Virus record (IMG/VR): IMGVR_UViG_3300045919_000425
Span: 33,199 to 97,198 of that record
DNA from: a virus
Taxonomy: Duplodnaviria; Heunggongvirae; Uroviricota; Caudoviricetes
Length of the DNA: 64,000 nucleotides
Direction: 5' to 3' (one strand)
The position numbers and the translations under genes are program-made. Within the stretch, counting starts at the first letter, position 1. Each line of letters begins with the position of its first letter. Positions 56,006 through 64,000 of the stretch are shown here, piece after piece. The notes below the pieces were generated by a model that saw nothing but the letters and a program-made list of their open reading frames with translations, was not told the DNA's origin and made no database searches.

Positions 56006-56347
56006 ATGACTTCAGAATCCCAATTCGGCATCATGGAACAACCAAGAGCAACTTGCCCTCTAATTAATAGTGTTATCAGTTCGGGAAAATTGCTAATAGA
56101 TAGAATTCCAGATGGAGATAGTTATGATTTTAAATGGTTCAAGGAAGAGTGTGAGGAGATAAGGAACAATGTAGGGGATATTAGATCATGGGGTCAGGAA
56201 TGGAAAGTATTAGCCAAGGACTTACACTCAGAGGTTCGAGAGATGGAAAGTAAAGTAAAGGATCTGGAAGATGAAAAAGAAGATTTAGAGCGTATGGTTC
56301 GGAAACTGGAAGAGGAACTTAGTGAATTACAGTGTAAACTTCCATAG
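56006..56347 (+). CDS. Coiled-coil protein (113 aa)
   Basis: RBS GGTAAGGAGAG and an E/K-rich heptad-like C-terminus. Confidence 0.5.
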   Translation: MTSESQFGIMEQPRATCPLINSVISSGKLLIDRIPDGDSYDFKWFKEECEEIRNNVGDIRSWGQEWKVLAKDLHSEVREMESKVKDLEDEKEDLERMVRKLEEELSELQCKLP

Positions 56348-56358
56348 GAGGAGTAATT

Positions 56359-57213
56359 ATGTTAAGTATTTTGGTAAATAATATTATTTACCCAGTTAAT
56401 GTGACTAAGTTTCCAGATGGGACAAGTCAGACATGGAAACTGGAAGATTCTTTGGTAAGCGTGATAACGGAGTCGCATGTTTTAAGAAACCTACTTACAT
56501 TTGAGATTGTCTGGAATTTTCAGGATGACTCTGAAGTAGTACACTTACACTCATTAGTAACTCTTTTAGTAAGCATGACAAAAGGAAGATATAAGGAAAT
56601 TAATCTAACTGTCCCGTTTCTTCCAGGCGCACGGCAAGATAAGTCAATAAATAATCATTCTACGTTTAATCGGATGATTTACTGTAGAATGATTAATCTA
56701 TTAAACTTTAATAAAGTTAAAGTATTTGACTGTCATTCAAGGCTACATGGGATGTTGAATAATGTTGAATACATAGAACCAACTCTGTTCCATAAGCATT
56801 GCTTAAAGGCATTCAGCCCACAATATGTAGTATTTCCAGATGAAGGAGCATTCAGTAGATATCAGGAATCTTTTAAGGGATTTCCTGTTGTTGTAATGAA
56901 AAAGACTCGAAACCAGATTACTGGGATTATTGAGAGGATGGAGGTTGATCATGAGAAATCAAACACATACTCATTTTTTGACGACAAAGATAGGTTTCTG
57001 ATTGTTGATGATATTTGTGACGGTGGAGGAACCTTCATAATGGCGGCTGCTGCAATCCATAAAATTAGCAATGAATCAGAAATAGCATTAGCTGTTTCTC
57101 ATGGATTATTCTCTAAGGGCTTAGGTGTACTTGAAAACGCTAAAATAAGTAAAATATTTACTACTAATAGTTTGATTCAGAAAAACAGTATGGAAATATT
57201 TAACATCGTATAA
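56359..57213 (+). CDS. Ribose-phosphate pyrophosphokinase (Prs) family protein
   Basis: LTVPFLPGARQDK parallels Prs AVIPYFGYARQDR. The PRPP-binding loop is LIVDDICDGGGT. RBS AGGAGG. Confidence 0.7.
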   Translation: MLSILVNNIIYPVNVTKFPDGTSQTWKLEDSLVSVITESHVLRNLLTFEIVWNFQDDSEVVHLHSLVTLLVSMTKGRYKEINLTVPFLPGARQDKSINNHSTFNRMIYCRMINLLNFNKVKVFDCHSRLHGMLNNVEYIEPTLFHKHCLKAFSPQYVVFPDEGAFSRYQESFKGFPVVVMKKTRNQITGIIERMEVDHEKSNTYSFFDDKDRFLIVDDICDGGGTFIMAAAAIHKISNESEIALAVSHGLFSKGLGVLENAKISKIFTTNSLIQKNSMEIFNIV

Positions 57214-57222
57214 GGGGATATT

Positions 57223-58992
57223 ATGAAACTGAATCCATTAACTAGAACAGATTTTTACAAAGTTGGCCATAAAGACATGTATCCTCTGGGAACTACGCTA
57301 ATTTATTCAAACTTTACCCCAAGATCCTCAAAGCTTGCTGATGTGTCAAAGGGTTATGATGAAAAAATAGTTTTCTTTGGATTACAAGGAGTTATTAAGA
57401 GTTTTTTGATTGAGAATTTCAATGATGAGTTTTTTAGTAAACCAAAAGAAGAAGTAGTACGTAAATATAAAAGAAGACTGGACAATTCTTTAGGTAAAAA
57501 TGCCGTAGGTGTCCGTCATATTGAAGCATTACATGATTTAGGGTATTTACCTGTTCAGATTAAAGCTTTACCTGAAGGTTCCAGAGTTAACATTAAAGTT
57601 CCAGTGCTTACTATTCAAAACACAAAACCAGAGTTTTTCTGGTTAACGAATTACTTAGAGTCCGCTCTTTCTTCAGAGTTATGGAAGCCTTGTACTTCTG
57701 CAACCACAGCATTTGAATATAGGAAGATTTTTGAAAAATATGCAGAAGAAACCGGAGCGTCAAAGACAGGGATTAACTTTCAGGGTCATGACTTTTCATT
57801 CAGAGGTATGTCTGGAACATATGACGCATTGGCATCAGGTGCAGCACATTTGCTTTCATTTTGGGGAACTGACACTATTCCAGCAATAGATTACCTGGAA
57901 GATTATTACAATGCAAATTCCGATAAGGATCCGATTGCTTTTAGTGTCCCTGCAACGGAACATTCTATTGCATGCTCAAATATCGCAAATAGAATGAAAT
58001 TTTCAGAAATAAATGACACCAATAGAGCTGAGGCAGAGAAAGAGTTCATAAGTGACTTACTGAAACAGTACCCATCAGGAATTATTTCTTATGTTGCAGA
58101 TACTTATGATTACTGGAAAGTTATCACTGAGATCCTACCTTCGTTAAAGGATGAGATTAATAGCAGAATTCCAGATGAACTAGGATTAGCTAAGCTTACG
58201 ATCAGACCCGACAGTGGACATCCCGTAAAAATAGTTTGCGGAGATATCGAGATCCTAAAAGCTCCTGAGTATGTTAACGATTTAGATTACCTGTGCGATG
58301 TTGCAAGAGAGAAATCCGAAGATATTGTAAGTGCACAGACAGATCACGGAAATCAAGGAGAAGATCAACACGTACTCTATTACAATTTTAAGGGCAGGAC
58401 TTACAAGATTGTAACCGAAATTAATTGGAACAGATACGACAAACAATTCTATTACATAGATGGATCAAGTCTTGTTTCATGTGAGGAGGCTGTTTTAACT
58501 CCACAACAAAAAGGCTCCATTGAGTGCTTGTGGGATACATTTGGCGGAACAATAAACGAAAAAGGGTTCAAAGTACTTAACCAGAGAATAGGATTAATCT
58601 ATGGAGACTCGATAACACTGTCTCGTGCAGAAGAGATCATGCAAAAGCTAAAAGCTAAGGGATTCTCCAGTGAAAACATAATTTACGGGATCGGTAGTTG
58701 TTCCTATTCCTTAGTAACAAGAGACTCTTATGGTTTCGCAATGAAGGCCACCTATGCAGAGATAGACGGTAATGAGATTGAGCTTTATAAAGATCCCAAA
58801 ACCGATAGTGGGACTAAGAAATCAGCGAAAGGTCTTTTACGTGTAGAGAAAGAAGGGGATAACTTTGTTCTATACGATAAACAGACAAAAGAACAAGAGA
58901 GTCAAGGAGAATTACAGATAGTGTTTAAGGACGGGAAACTAGTAAAAGAAACTTCCTTGACTGAGATTAGAAAAACATTACTTGGTAACTAG
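57223..58992 (+). CDS. nadV: Nicotinamide phosphoribosyltransferase (Nampt/NadV)
   Basis: The N-terminus NPLTRTDFYKVGH...YP......YSNFTPRSS matches the NadV pattern FYK..H...YP....YS.FTPRS. The C-terminus is Nampt-like (KATY...DPKTDSGTKKSAKG). Confidence 0.8.
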   Translation: MKLNPLTRTDFYKVGHKDMYPLGTTLIYSNFTPRSSKLADVSKGYDEKIVFFGLQGVIKSFLIENFNDEFFSKPKEEVVRKYKRRLDNSLGKNAVGVRHIEALHDLGYLPVQIKALPEGSRVNIKVPVLTIQNTKPEFFWLTNYLESALSSELWKPCTSATTAFEYRKIFEKYAEETGASKTGINFQGHDFSFRGMSGTYDALASGAAHLLSFWGTDTIPAIDYLEDYYNANSDKDPIAFSVPATEHSIACSNIANRMKFSEINDTNRAEAEKEFISDLLKQYPSGIISYVADTYDYWKVITEILPSLKDEINSRIPDELGLAKLTIRPDSGHPVKIVCGDIEILKAPEYVNDLDYLCDVAREKSEDIVSAQTDHGNQGEDQHVLYYNFKGRTYKIVTEINWNRYDKQFYYIDGSSLVSCEEAVLTPQQKGSIECLWDTFGGTINEKGFKVLNQRIGLIYGDSITLSRAEEIMQKLKAKGFSSENIIYGIGSCSYSLVTRDSYGFAMKATYAEIDGNEIELYKDPKTDSGTKKSAKGLLRVEKEGDNFVLYDKQTKEQESQGELQIVFKDGKLVKETSLTEIRKTLLGN

Positions 58993-59097
58993 CTACCGTA
59001 AAACAAGCAACAAGAGGATAGTGACTAAGTCAAACATCAGCAAGGAAAGGTATAAGTTTTTTCTATAGATGAAGCTGTTTTTAGAAAAAACTTTACC

Positions 59098-59126
59098 TTG
59101 ACTTTTTCAGATTTATGTAGTATTTT
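59098..59126 (+). promoter_or_regulatory. Sigma-A-like promoter TTGACT-N17-TATTTT
   Basis: Seen directly; it is placed so that the transcript includes the RBS of the ATG at 59166. Confidence 0.4.
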
Positions 59127-59165
59127 TAGAACTGCATGAAGAAATACGAAGAAAAGGAACACATT

Positions 59166-59519
59166 ATGGCGATAGTAGACAGAGATATTTTAGGTAACGT
59201 ACTGGAAGAGGAAAAACTATTAAATCGTGCAGAGTTGATTAAATTAAAGATTGCCGAAGCTAACTCCACTAAGTCCGAAGAAAAAATCATGGAAGTATTT
59301 ATCCATGTGCTTGACTTGATAGAGTCCGAGTTTACTGTTAAAGGTAAAACTACAGTAATGCTATTTCACACTCACCCAGTATTTACCGAGCTGTTTGATT
59401 TAGGCACTAACGAACTTCGTGATATTTACATTAAAAAGATAGTCCACTTACTACAAAGAGAAGGCTTTCTGGTAAATACCGTGACGAGGACGAAGTGCAT
59501 CAAAATCTTCCTCCCGTAA
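59166..59519 (+). CDS. Hypothetical protein (117 aa; start refined to MAIVDRD)
   Basis: An RBS aaaaggaa precedes the ATG at 59166. A terminator follows. Confidence 0.5.
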   Translation: MAIVDRDILGNVLEEEKLLNRAELIKLKIAEANSTKSEEKIMEVFIHVLDLIESEFTVKGKTTVMLFHTHPVFTELFDLGTNELRDIYIKKIVHLLQREGFLVNTVTRTKCIKIFLP

Positions 59520-59523
59520 CATG

Positions 59524-59547
59524 ACCGACAGTTATGTCGGTTTTTTA
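59524..59547 (+). terminator. Rho-independent terminator
   Basis: Stem ACCGACA/TGTCGGT, loop GTTA, then TTTTTT. Confidence 0.65.
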
Positions 59548-59633
59548 TTATCATGACACTTGACTTTTAGTTAATAGTCTGGTAGAGTATTTTTACCAGG
59601 AAATTATCCCTAGTAATTCCGTAGGAGGGAATT

Positions 59634-60500
59634 ATGTCATCAGTTCATAGTTTTAATTTTAATGGTTCCGTAGTTGAAGTAGAGGTAGTAAATGAAAGTC
59701 TAACTACAGAGAATGATGTAAAAGTAACAGGAGCGTTAGTTCAATCCCTAAGTATTGATAATCCAATACAGGAACAGGTTGATGAGGATGGATTAGTGTG
59801 GTTTAACGCAAAAGATGTTTGCAGGTGTTTAGGTTATAACACCAGTAATATCAATAAGCATCTAACCAAACATACGGATAAAAAGGATCGGGGCGTGAGA
59901 CCGACCCTTACAAGAGGAGGTTTTCAGACATTAAACTTTATTAATGAGTCTGGTTTGTACTCCCTGATATTAGGTTCCGAATTACCAAAAGCAAAGGAGT
60001 TCAAGCATTGGATTACTTCGGACGTATTGCCATCTATCAGAAAAACTGGAAGATATTCCGTGAATGCGAGCGCAAGTATAAAGGTTTCTGAGGTAGAAGA
60101 TGCCTCACGAGCATTTAAAGCCATTTTTTCTATTATGGAAACAATTGGCTGTTCGGTTAACGAGTCTGCTCTTACCGCCGCAAATGAGGCAAGAAGCCTT
60201 ACTGGATATGATGTTGTTAAACTACTACCTCAGTCATTCTTAACAGTAGCTGAAGAGGAAGTTAAACAACCAATCAGCTATTTCTTTAATGGGAGTAAAA
60301 CATTAGCAGCAAAGGCAAATAAAATTCTAGCTTCTTTAGGGTACATCGAAAAATTGAACGAATCATGGATCCCAACAGAAAAAGGAAGGGAATTCGGAGT
60401 TGTACAGATAACCTCAAAACCTAATGGAATGAGTCGTACAGTAATTACCTGTCATTATCCGCAAAAGATAGTTTCCATCATAGGAAACCTTGACAAATAG
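59634..60500 (+). CDS. Bro-N domain protein (antirepressor-like)
   Basis: WFNAKDVCRCLGY ... in the N-terminal 100 aa resembles the BRO-N fold. A second C-terminal domain is present. Confidence 0.55.
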   Translation: MSSVHSFNFNGSVVEVEVVNESLTTENDVKVTGALVQSLSIDNPIQEQVDEDGLVWFNAKDVCRCLGYNTSNINKHLTKHTDKKDRGVRPTLTRGGFQTLNFINESGLYSLILGSELPKAKEFKHWITSDVLPSIRKTGRYSVNASASIKVSEVEDASRAFKAIFSIMETIGCSVNESALTAANEARSLTGYDVVKLLPQSFLTVAEEEVKQPISYFFNGSKTLAAKANKILASLGYIEKLNESWIPTEKGREFGVVQITSKPNGMSRTVITCHYPQKIVSIIGNLDK

Positions 60501-60537
60501 ATAATATTAAGATAATGTAACTTTATGGAGGCAAGAA

Positions 60538-61584
60538 ATGGAGAAAAGTTTACAAGGATATGATGGACTCACATTACACGTTTCATTCTTAACAGAAGTA
60601 TTAGGGTTGCCAGAAAAAGCAGATATTCTTGAGTTAATGGAATCTATGGAAGTTAAAGGGAATCGGTTCGAAGAATATAGGCTGCTTTTTACTCATAACG
60701 GTCTTAAATTCTACACCTCTTATTCTGTCTGTGTTAGTGATGACGAATATAAGTTTGAGTCATCATCGGAACAATGGAAAGATTCTGTAGAAAACGGATA
60801 TGTGGAATACTTTCCAATACTAAGCGAAGCTAAAAGGATTGATAAGTCAAACCTGAAATGGAGGGCATTTTTGGAAAAGATTGAGGATCTGAAGGATAAT
60901 TACAACACCAAAGAGCTTCCTTTGGCGGCAGGCGGATTCCAGACGCTTCTAATGTCGGGCGCAATGGACTCCCTATTTGATGAATACTTAACACTAGATA
61001 AGCGGTATGAAAAACTAGAGGAGCTAAAAAAAGCCCTTAAGTCAAAGGCTAAGTTAAGTGAAGGCAAAGGTGAAGAAATTGGATTAGCAAAGGTAACGAA
61101 CGAGTTAACTAGGAACATATGGATGGCTCAAGTAAATCCCATGTATCAATTCTCAATGGCTTCATTCTACAGCTCCGCACTAAAAGCTATGAGGTTTGTA
61201 AAAGTAAGAGATAGTGGAATTACCCATGAGTCAGACGATACAGACTTAGTAGCTTCATTCGCTGATCTGTTCGATGATAAGATTGTGGATTTCTATGGGA
61301 ATTATAATTGTGAAAGGTTGCTAGGATTTATTGCGATATATGAAGGACAGACGATGAAAACTTGTTCGAATGGGAAACAAAAAAGGGATGTTAAGCTCTT
61401 TGATGGGACTACAAGGTTTAATGCAACTGTCTGGCCTATGAGAAATAGTAATGATAAGTTTGACCAGGGTATTATGATGAGATTAAAAGAAAAAGATCGC
61501 CCTCTTTTAGTGATAGGTAGACCTAGCAAGAAGAATGGTTATTCAAACTTTACCATAAGTAGTTTACTTGATTTTGAGCTATAA
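60538..61584 (+). CDS. Hypothetical protein (348 aa), possible OB-fold C-terminus
   Basis: ORF track with an RBS ggaggc. Confidence 0.5.
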   Translation: MEKSLQGYDGLTLHVSFLTEVLGLPEKADILELMESMEVKGNRFEEYRLLFTHNGLKFYTSYSVCVSDDEYKFESSSEQWKDSVENGYVEYFPILSEAKRIDKSNLKWRAFLEKIEDLKDNYNTKELPLAAGGFQTLLMSGAMDSLFDEYLTLDKRYEKLEELKKALKSKAKLSEGKGEEIGLAKVTNELTRNIWMAQVNPMYQFSMASFYSSALKAMRFVKVRDSGITHESDDTDLVASFADLFDDKIVDFYGNYNCERLLGFIAIYEGQTMKTCSNGKQKRDVKLFDGTTRFNATVWPMRNSNDKFDQGIMMRLKEKDRPLLVIGRPSKKNGYSNFTISSLLDFEL

Positions 61585-61641
61585 AAGCTATTGACCAGTA
61601 AATTAAAGCCATATAAGATATCATGACACGATGGAGGAACT

Positions 61642-62208
61642 ATGGCATTTAAAAGAAAAGTAAAGAAATCTACAGAACCTAAGCAAAAGAAAGAGAAAAA
61701 GCTCACAAAGTTCGTACTAGAGGCTGCGGTAATATCTGCACTTCGGAAGACATTTGGTAAGTCTGTACTTTTTAATATCACAAAAAAAGCACATCAGGTA
61801 GAGATTCCCCATTACAATCAAGACGGGTCTCTTTCGAAATCACGTCGTGTTATGTATAGGTGTTCCGAGTGTAAGGAACTTTACAAGGATGAGAAAATAT
61901 TCACTACCAACAAGAAAGGTAAGAGAGTTTCCAAGAAAGCCTTTGCATGCGATCATACTTCACCTGTAGTTGACCCGATTAAAGGAATTCCTCGAAGGGA
62001 AAACGGTAAAATTGATTGGAGTGTGTATGTGGATAGAATGTTTGCAGGTGTGGAATATTTTGACCCATCAGTTCACACATATCAAGAAAACTTAAAAGGA
62101 ATGTTTTCTATCCTATGCCACTTATGCCATGATCGGAAGTCTACTGAAGAGAATAAGATACGAAACGAAGTAAAGAAATTAAAGAAATCAAAAAAGGAGA
62201 AGAAATGA
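61642..62208 (+). CDS. HNH (His-Me finger)-like nuclease with a basic N- and C-terminus
   Basis: CSEC...ACDHTSPV...NG...LCHLCHDRKSTEEN resembles the HNH core C..C / DH / N / CxxCH. Confidence 0.45.
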   Translation: MAFKRKVKKSTEPKQKKEKKLTKFVLEAAVISALRKTFGKSVLFNITKKAHQVEIPHYNQDGSLSKSRRVMYRCSECKELYKDEKIFTTNKKGKRVSKKAFACDHTSPVVDPIKGIPRRENGKIDWSVYVDRMFAGVEYFDPSVHTYQENLKGMFSILCHLCHDRKSTEENKIRNEVKKLKKSKKEKK

Positions 62209-62864
62209 AAAGAAAAGCAAGCTTATATCAAACAAGGTCATATAGGATTCCAGTTTTAATAGATGTTTCAGATTTTTCGCCAAGTGAGTTAGAAGCATTA
62301 GAGACTGCATTAATAGAATTTAAGCCAGCAAAGCTAACATTGCCTGGTGATGAGGTTCAGAAAGCTATAGATACAATGAAAAGAAGAGGTTATCCGAAAA
62401 TCGGAAACCTTCCTTGCCGATTAGGAGAGGACGAGCTTAGGGTCTTAATTTCTGAGGTGGTAAATAACTATATTGGAGAAGATACTCCGATGAATTACCG
62501 ATTCCCGTTACTCTCTGCTACGCAGTCTCAAATGAAGAGCTTAGATGATGTTAAAGAAGTTGTCGATCTCCTACTAGAACAGCAAGAGTTAAGGATGCTT
62601 TCGTACATATTCAATCTAGGAGAACTTAAATCAAAGGTTTACTTAACCACAAAGTTCAACGGATTAGCCAATAAACTAGCGGATACTTCCTACAAGGCTG
62701 GGCTTGCTGTCCTGAAAGAAAAGAAAAGCAAGAATGATAAGGTGTCTATCGTCACGAATGAACCCGAGATGGATGTTCTTATTTCCTTAATAAAGGATGG
62801 GTTAAAGGAGTCCGAAAGAATAGATAAAGAACTTAAAGATCTTACATTTATGAGGATGAGATAA
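62205..62864 (+). CDS. Hypothetical protein (219 aa)
   Basis: ATGA-coupled to the upstream gene. Confidence 0.5.
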   Translation: MKRKASLYQTRSYRIPVLIDVSDFSPSELEALETALIEFKPAKLTLPGDEVQKAIDTMKRRGYPKIGNLPCRLGEDELRVLISEVVNNYIGEDTPMNYRFPLLSATQSQMKSLDDVKEVVDLLLEQQELRMLSYIFNLGELKSKVYLTTKFNGLANKLADTSYKAGLAVLKEKKSKNDKVSIVTNEPEMDVLISLIKDGLKESERIDKELKDLTFMRMR

Positions 62865-63049
62865 TGTTTGTTATTATTAAAGGGATAACCGGGAAGATCT
62901 TGTATGCCGGTCAGTCAGCATCGTTAGCCTTCTATGACGGTAAGGTTAATCTTTATACCCCCACAGGAGGCAGCACCGCATATCCTGATACTGAAGTTTC
63001 CGAGATTTCTATTAACGGGAAAATAGAGTATTCAAACGCATTATTTTAA
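62864..63049 (+). CDS. Small hypothetical protein (61 aa)
   Basis: ORF track; translationally coupled. Confidence 0.4.
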   Translation: MFVIIKGITGKILYAGQSASLAFYDGKVNLYTPTGGSTAYPDTEVSEISINGKIEYSNALF

Positions 63050-63058
63050 TATTTAGTG

Positions 63059-63087
63059 TTGACAGCGAGTAATTTTACATATAATAT
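63059..63087 (+). promoter_or_regulatory. Near-consensus sigma-A promoter TTGACA-N17-TAATAT
   Basis: Seen directly upstream of the SSB gene. Confidence 0.55.
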
Positions 63088-63132
63088 TTTGAGATAAAGT
63101 CGTAGACTAACATAACGAAGGGAATGCCCAGC

Positions 63133-64000
63133 ATGACATACAATCCAAGTGAAGACACAGATTATGATTTTGATTTTGCACCAAAGGTGAAAGAAAGCAA
63201 ATATACAAAAATTGGATTTCTTAAGATTGGCGGCGACAAACCAACGAAATTTAAGATTTTAGCTAACGTACATCATCCAGAAGAGAAAGCAGCTTATCAT
63301 AAGTTAGCAACCCACGGGAATAAGATTAACGGTAAGTTTTTTACATTTGGGTGTCCACGTTCAGTAAACCAAGAATGCCCAATTTGTGATAAATATTACA
63401 AAACAGTTTCACGGGTTAAAGAGTTAGAAAAGACAAAGGCAAATCCCGAAGAATTGGATTCCTTGAAGAAAATACAACAAGCATTAAAGCCGACGCAGAT
63501 TTACAGAATACTAGCAGTTGAAGCAGGGAAAGATGAAATTGTTTCATATGACATGAAGACTACGTTATTTAAGATTGTGTTCGGAACAGGCGGAGCTGAC
63601 GGGTTATTTAATGAGTTCAGAGAAATGCAAGTAAACCCAATTAGCCCAAAATCTCCTTTTGGTTGGATTGATGCTTCCCGTAAAGGAACAGCGCTTCAGA
63701 CGGAGTATTCCGCTTCTCTTAGCTTAACAAGAGATATCAAGACTCGCTCTATGGCATTTACAGAGCAGTTTATTACAGAAAAGGTAGCAAAAGAGCTTGC
63801 TGATAAAGATAAGCTTTATCGTATCCGCCATGAATTTACGAATCAGTTATGGAAATCAGAAGATATCAAAAAGTATGCGGATTCTAATGGAACTGATGGG
63901 GCAGAGTGGCAAATGAAGCTAATCTATAGGGACGCTATTCAGTCCGTAGCCCAACAAGAAGGAATTGCTGCCGCAGTACCAGAAGTTAAGCCAACTAGAA
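63133..64000 (+). CDS. Single-stranded DNA-binding protein, T4 gp32-like (partial; runs off the window end)
   Basis: KFKILANVHHP...GCPRSVNQECPICD parallels T4 gp32 FAILVNHGF...CSSTHGDYDSPCPVC (Zn site). It is absent from the ORF track because no stop falls in the window. Confidence 0.65.
   Translation, partial: MTYNPSEDTDYDFDFAPKVKESKYTKIGFLKIGGDKPTKFKILANVHHPEEKAAYHKLATHGNKINGKFFTFGCPRSVNQECPICDKYYKTVSRVKELEKTKANPEELDSLKKIQQALKPTQIYRILAVEAGKDEIVSYDMKTTLFKIVFGTGGADGLFNEFREMQVNPISPKSPFGWIDASRKGTALQTEYSASLSLTRDIKTRSMAFTEQFITEKVAKELADKDKLYRIRHEFTNQLWKSEDIKKYADSNGTDGAEWQMKLIYRDAIQSVAQQEGIAAAVPEVKPTR

Noticed and set aside
1-64000. CRISPR arrays, integrase, transposase and attachment sites
   Set aside because: No regularly spaced direct repeats, tyrosine- or serine-recombinase motifs, or transposase DDE motifs were seen. 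The window appears to be internal phage genome.

Overview
This window reads as an internal slice of a large (jumbo-type), AT-rich tailed phage genome. Coding density is near 90%. RBSs are strong AAGGAGG-type, promoters are sigma-A-like, and one tRNA-Pro(UGG) has a C1:G72 pair. Its gene content combines T4-like features with chaperonin-encoding jumbo-phage features. Transcription is organised in strand blocks.

Minus-strand blocks carry early/middle functions:
- Rnl2-like RNA ligase, T4 gp1-like dNMP kinase, dUTPase, C5 and Dam-like DNA methyltransferases.
- DnaB-like helicase, Mre11/SbcD and Rad50/SbcC nucleases, DnaG-type primase, Sak4-like ATPase.
- Class I ribonucleotide reductase alpha and beta, a GroEL-like chaperonin, a CsrA homolog, Rha and HTH regulators.
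- An SPFH lipoprotein and a small metzincin lipoprotein.

Plus-strand blocks carry virion genes:
- A 1050-aa beta-helix tail fibre.
- A T4 gp18-like tail sheath.
- A 709-aa tail protein with a C-terminal GH26-like glycosidase domain.
- A 511-aa major structural protein followed by a strong terminator.

The right end encodes an NAD+ salvage pair (Prs-like enzyme and NadV/Nampt), a Bro-N protein, an HNH-like protein and a T4 gp32-like SSB. The SSB runs off the window.

Most interesting observations:
- The Prs-like/Nampt NAD+ reconstitution module, a likely anti-defence function.
- Three tandem paralogs with identical 30-aa N-termini, sitting in an operon downstream of a viral GroEL.
- A phage CsrA homolog next to two membrane proteins.
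- A 47-bp element repeated three times, a candidate phage-specific promoter or activator box.
- A snapalysin-sized metzincin lipoprotein embedded in the replication operon.
- A 210-aa C-terminal domain shared by the tail fibre and a stand-alone protein on the opposite strand.
- A large terminator hairpin displaying an anti-Shine-Dalgarno-like loop.

All calls rest on motif recognition by eye. No database search was run.
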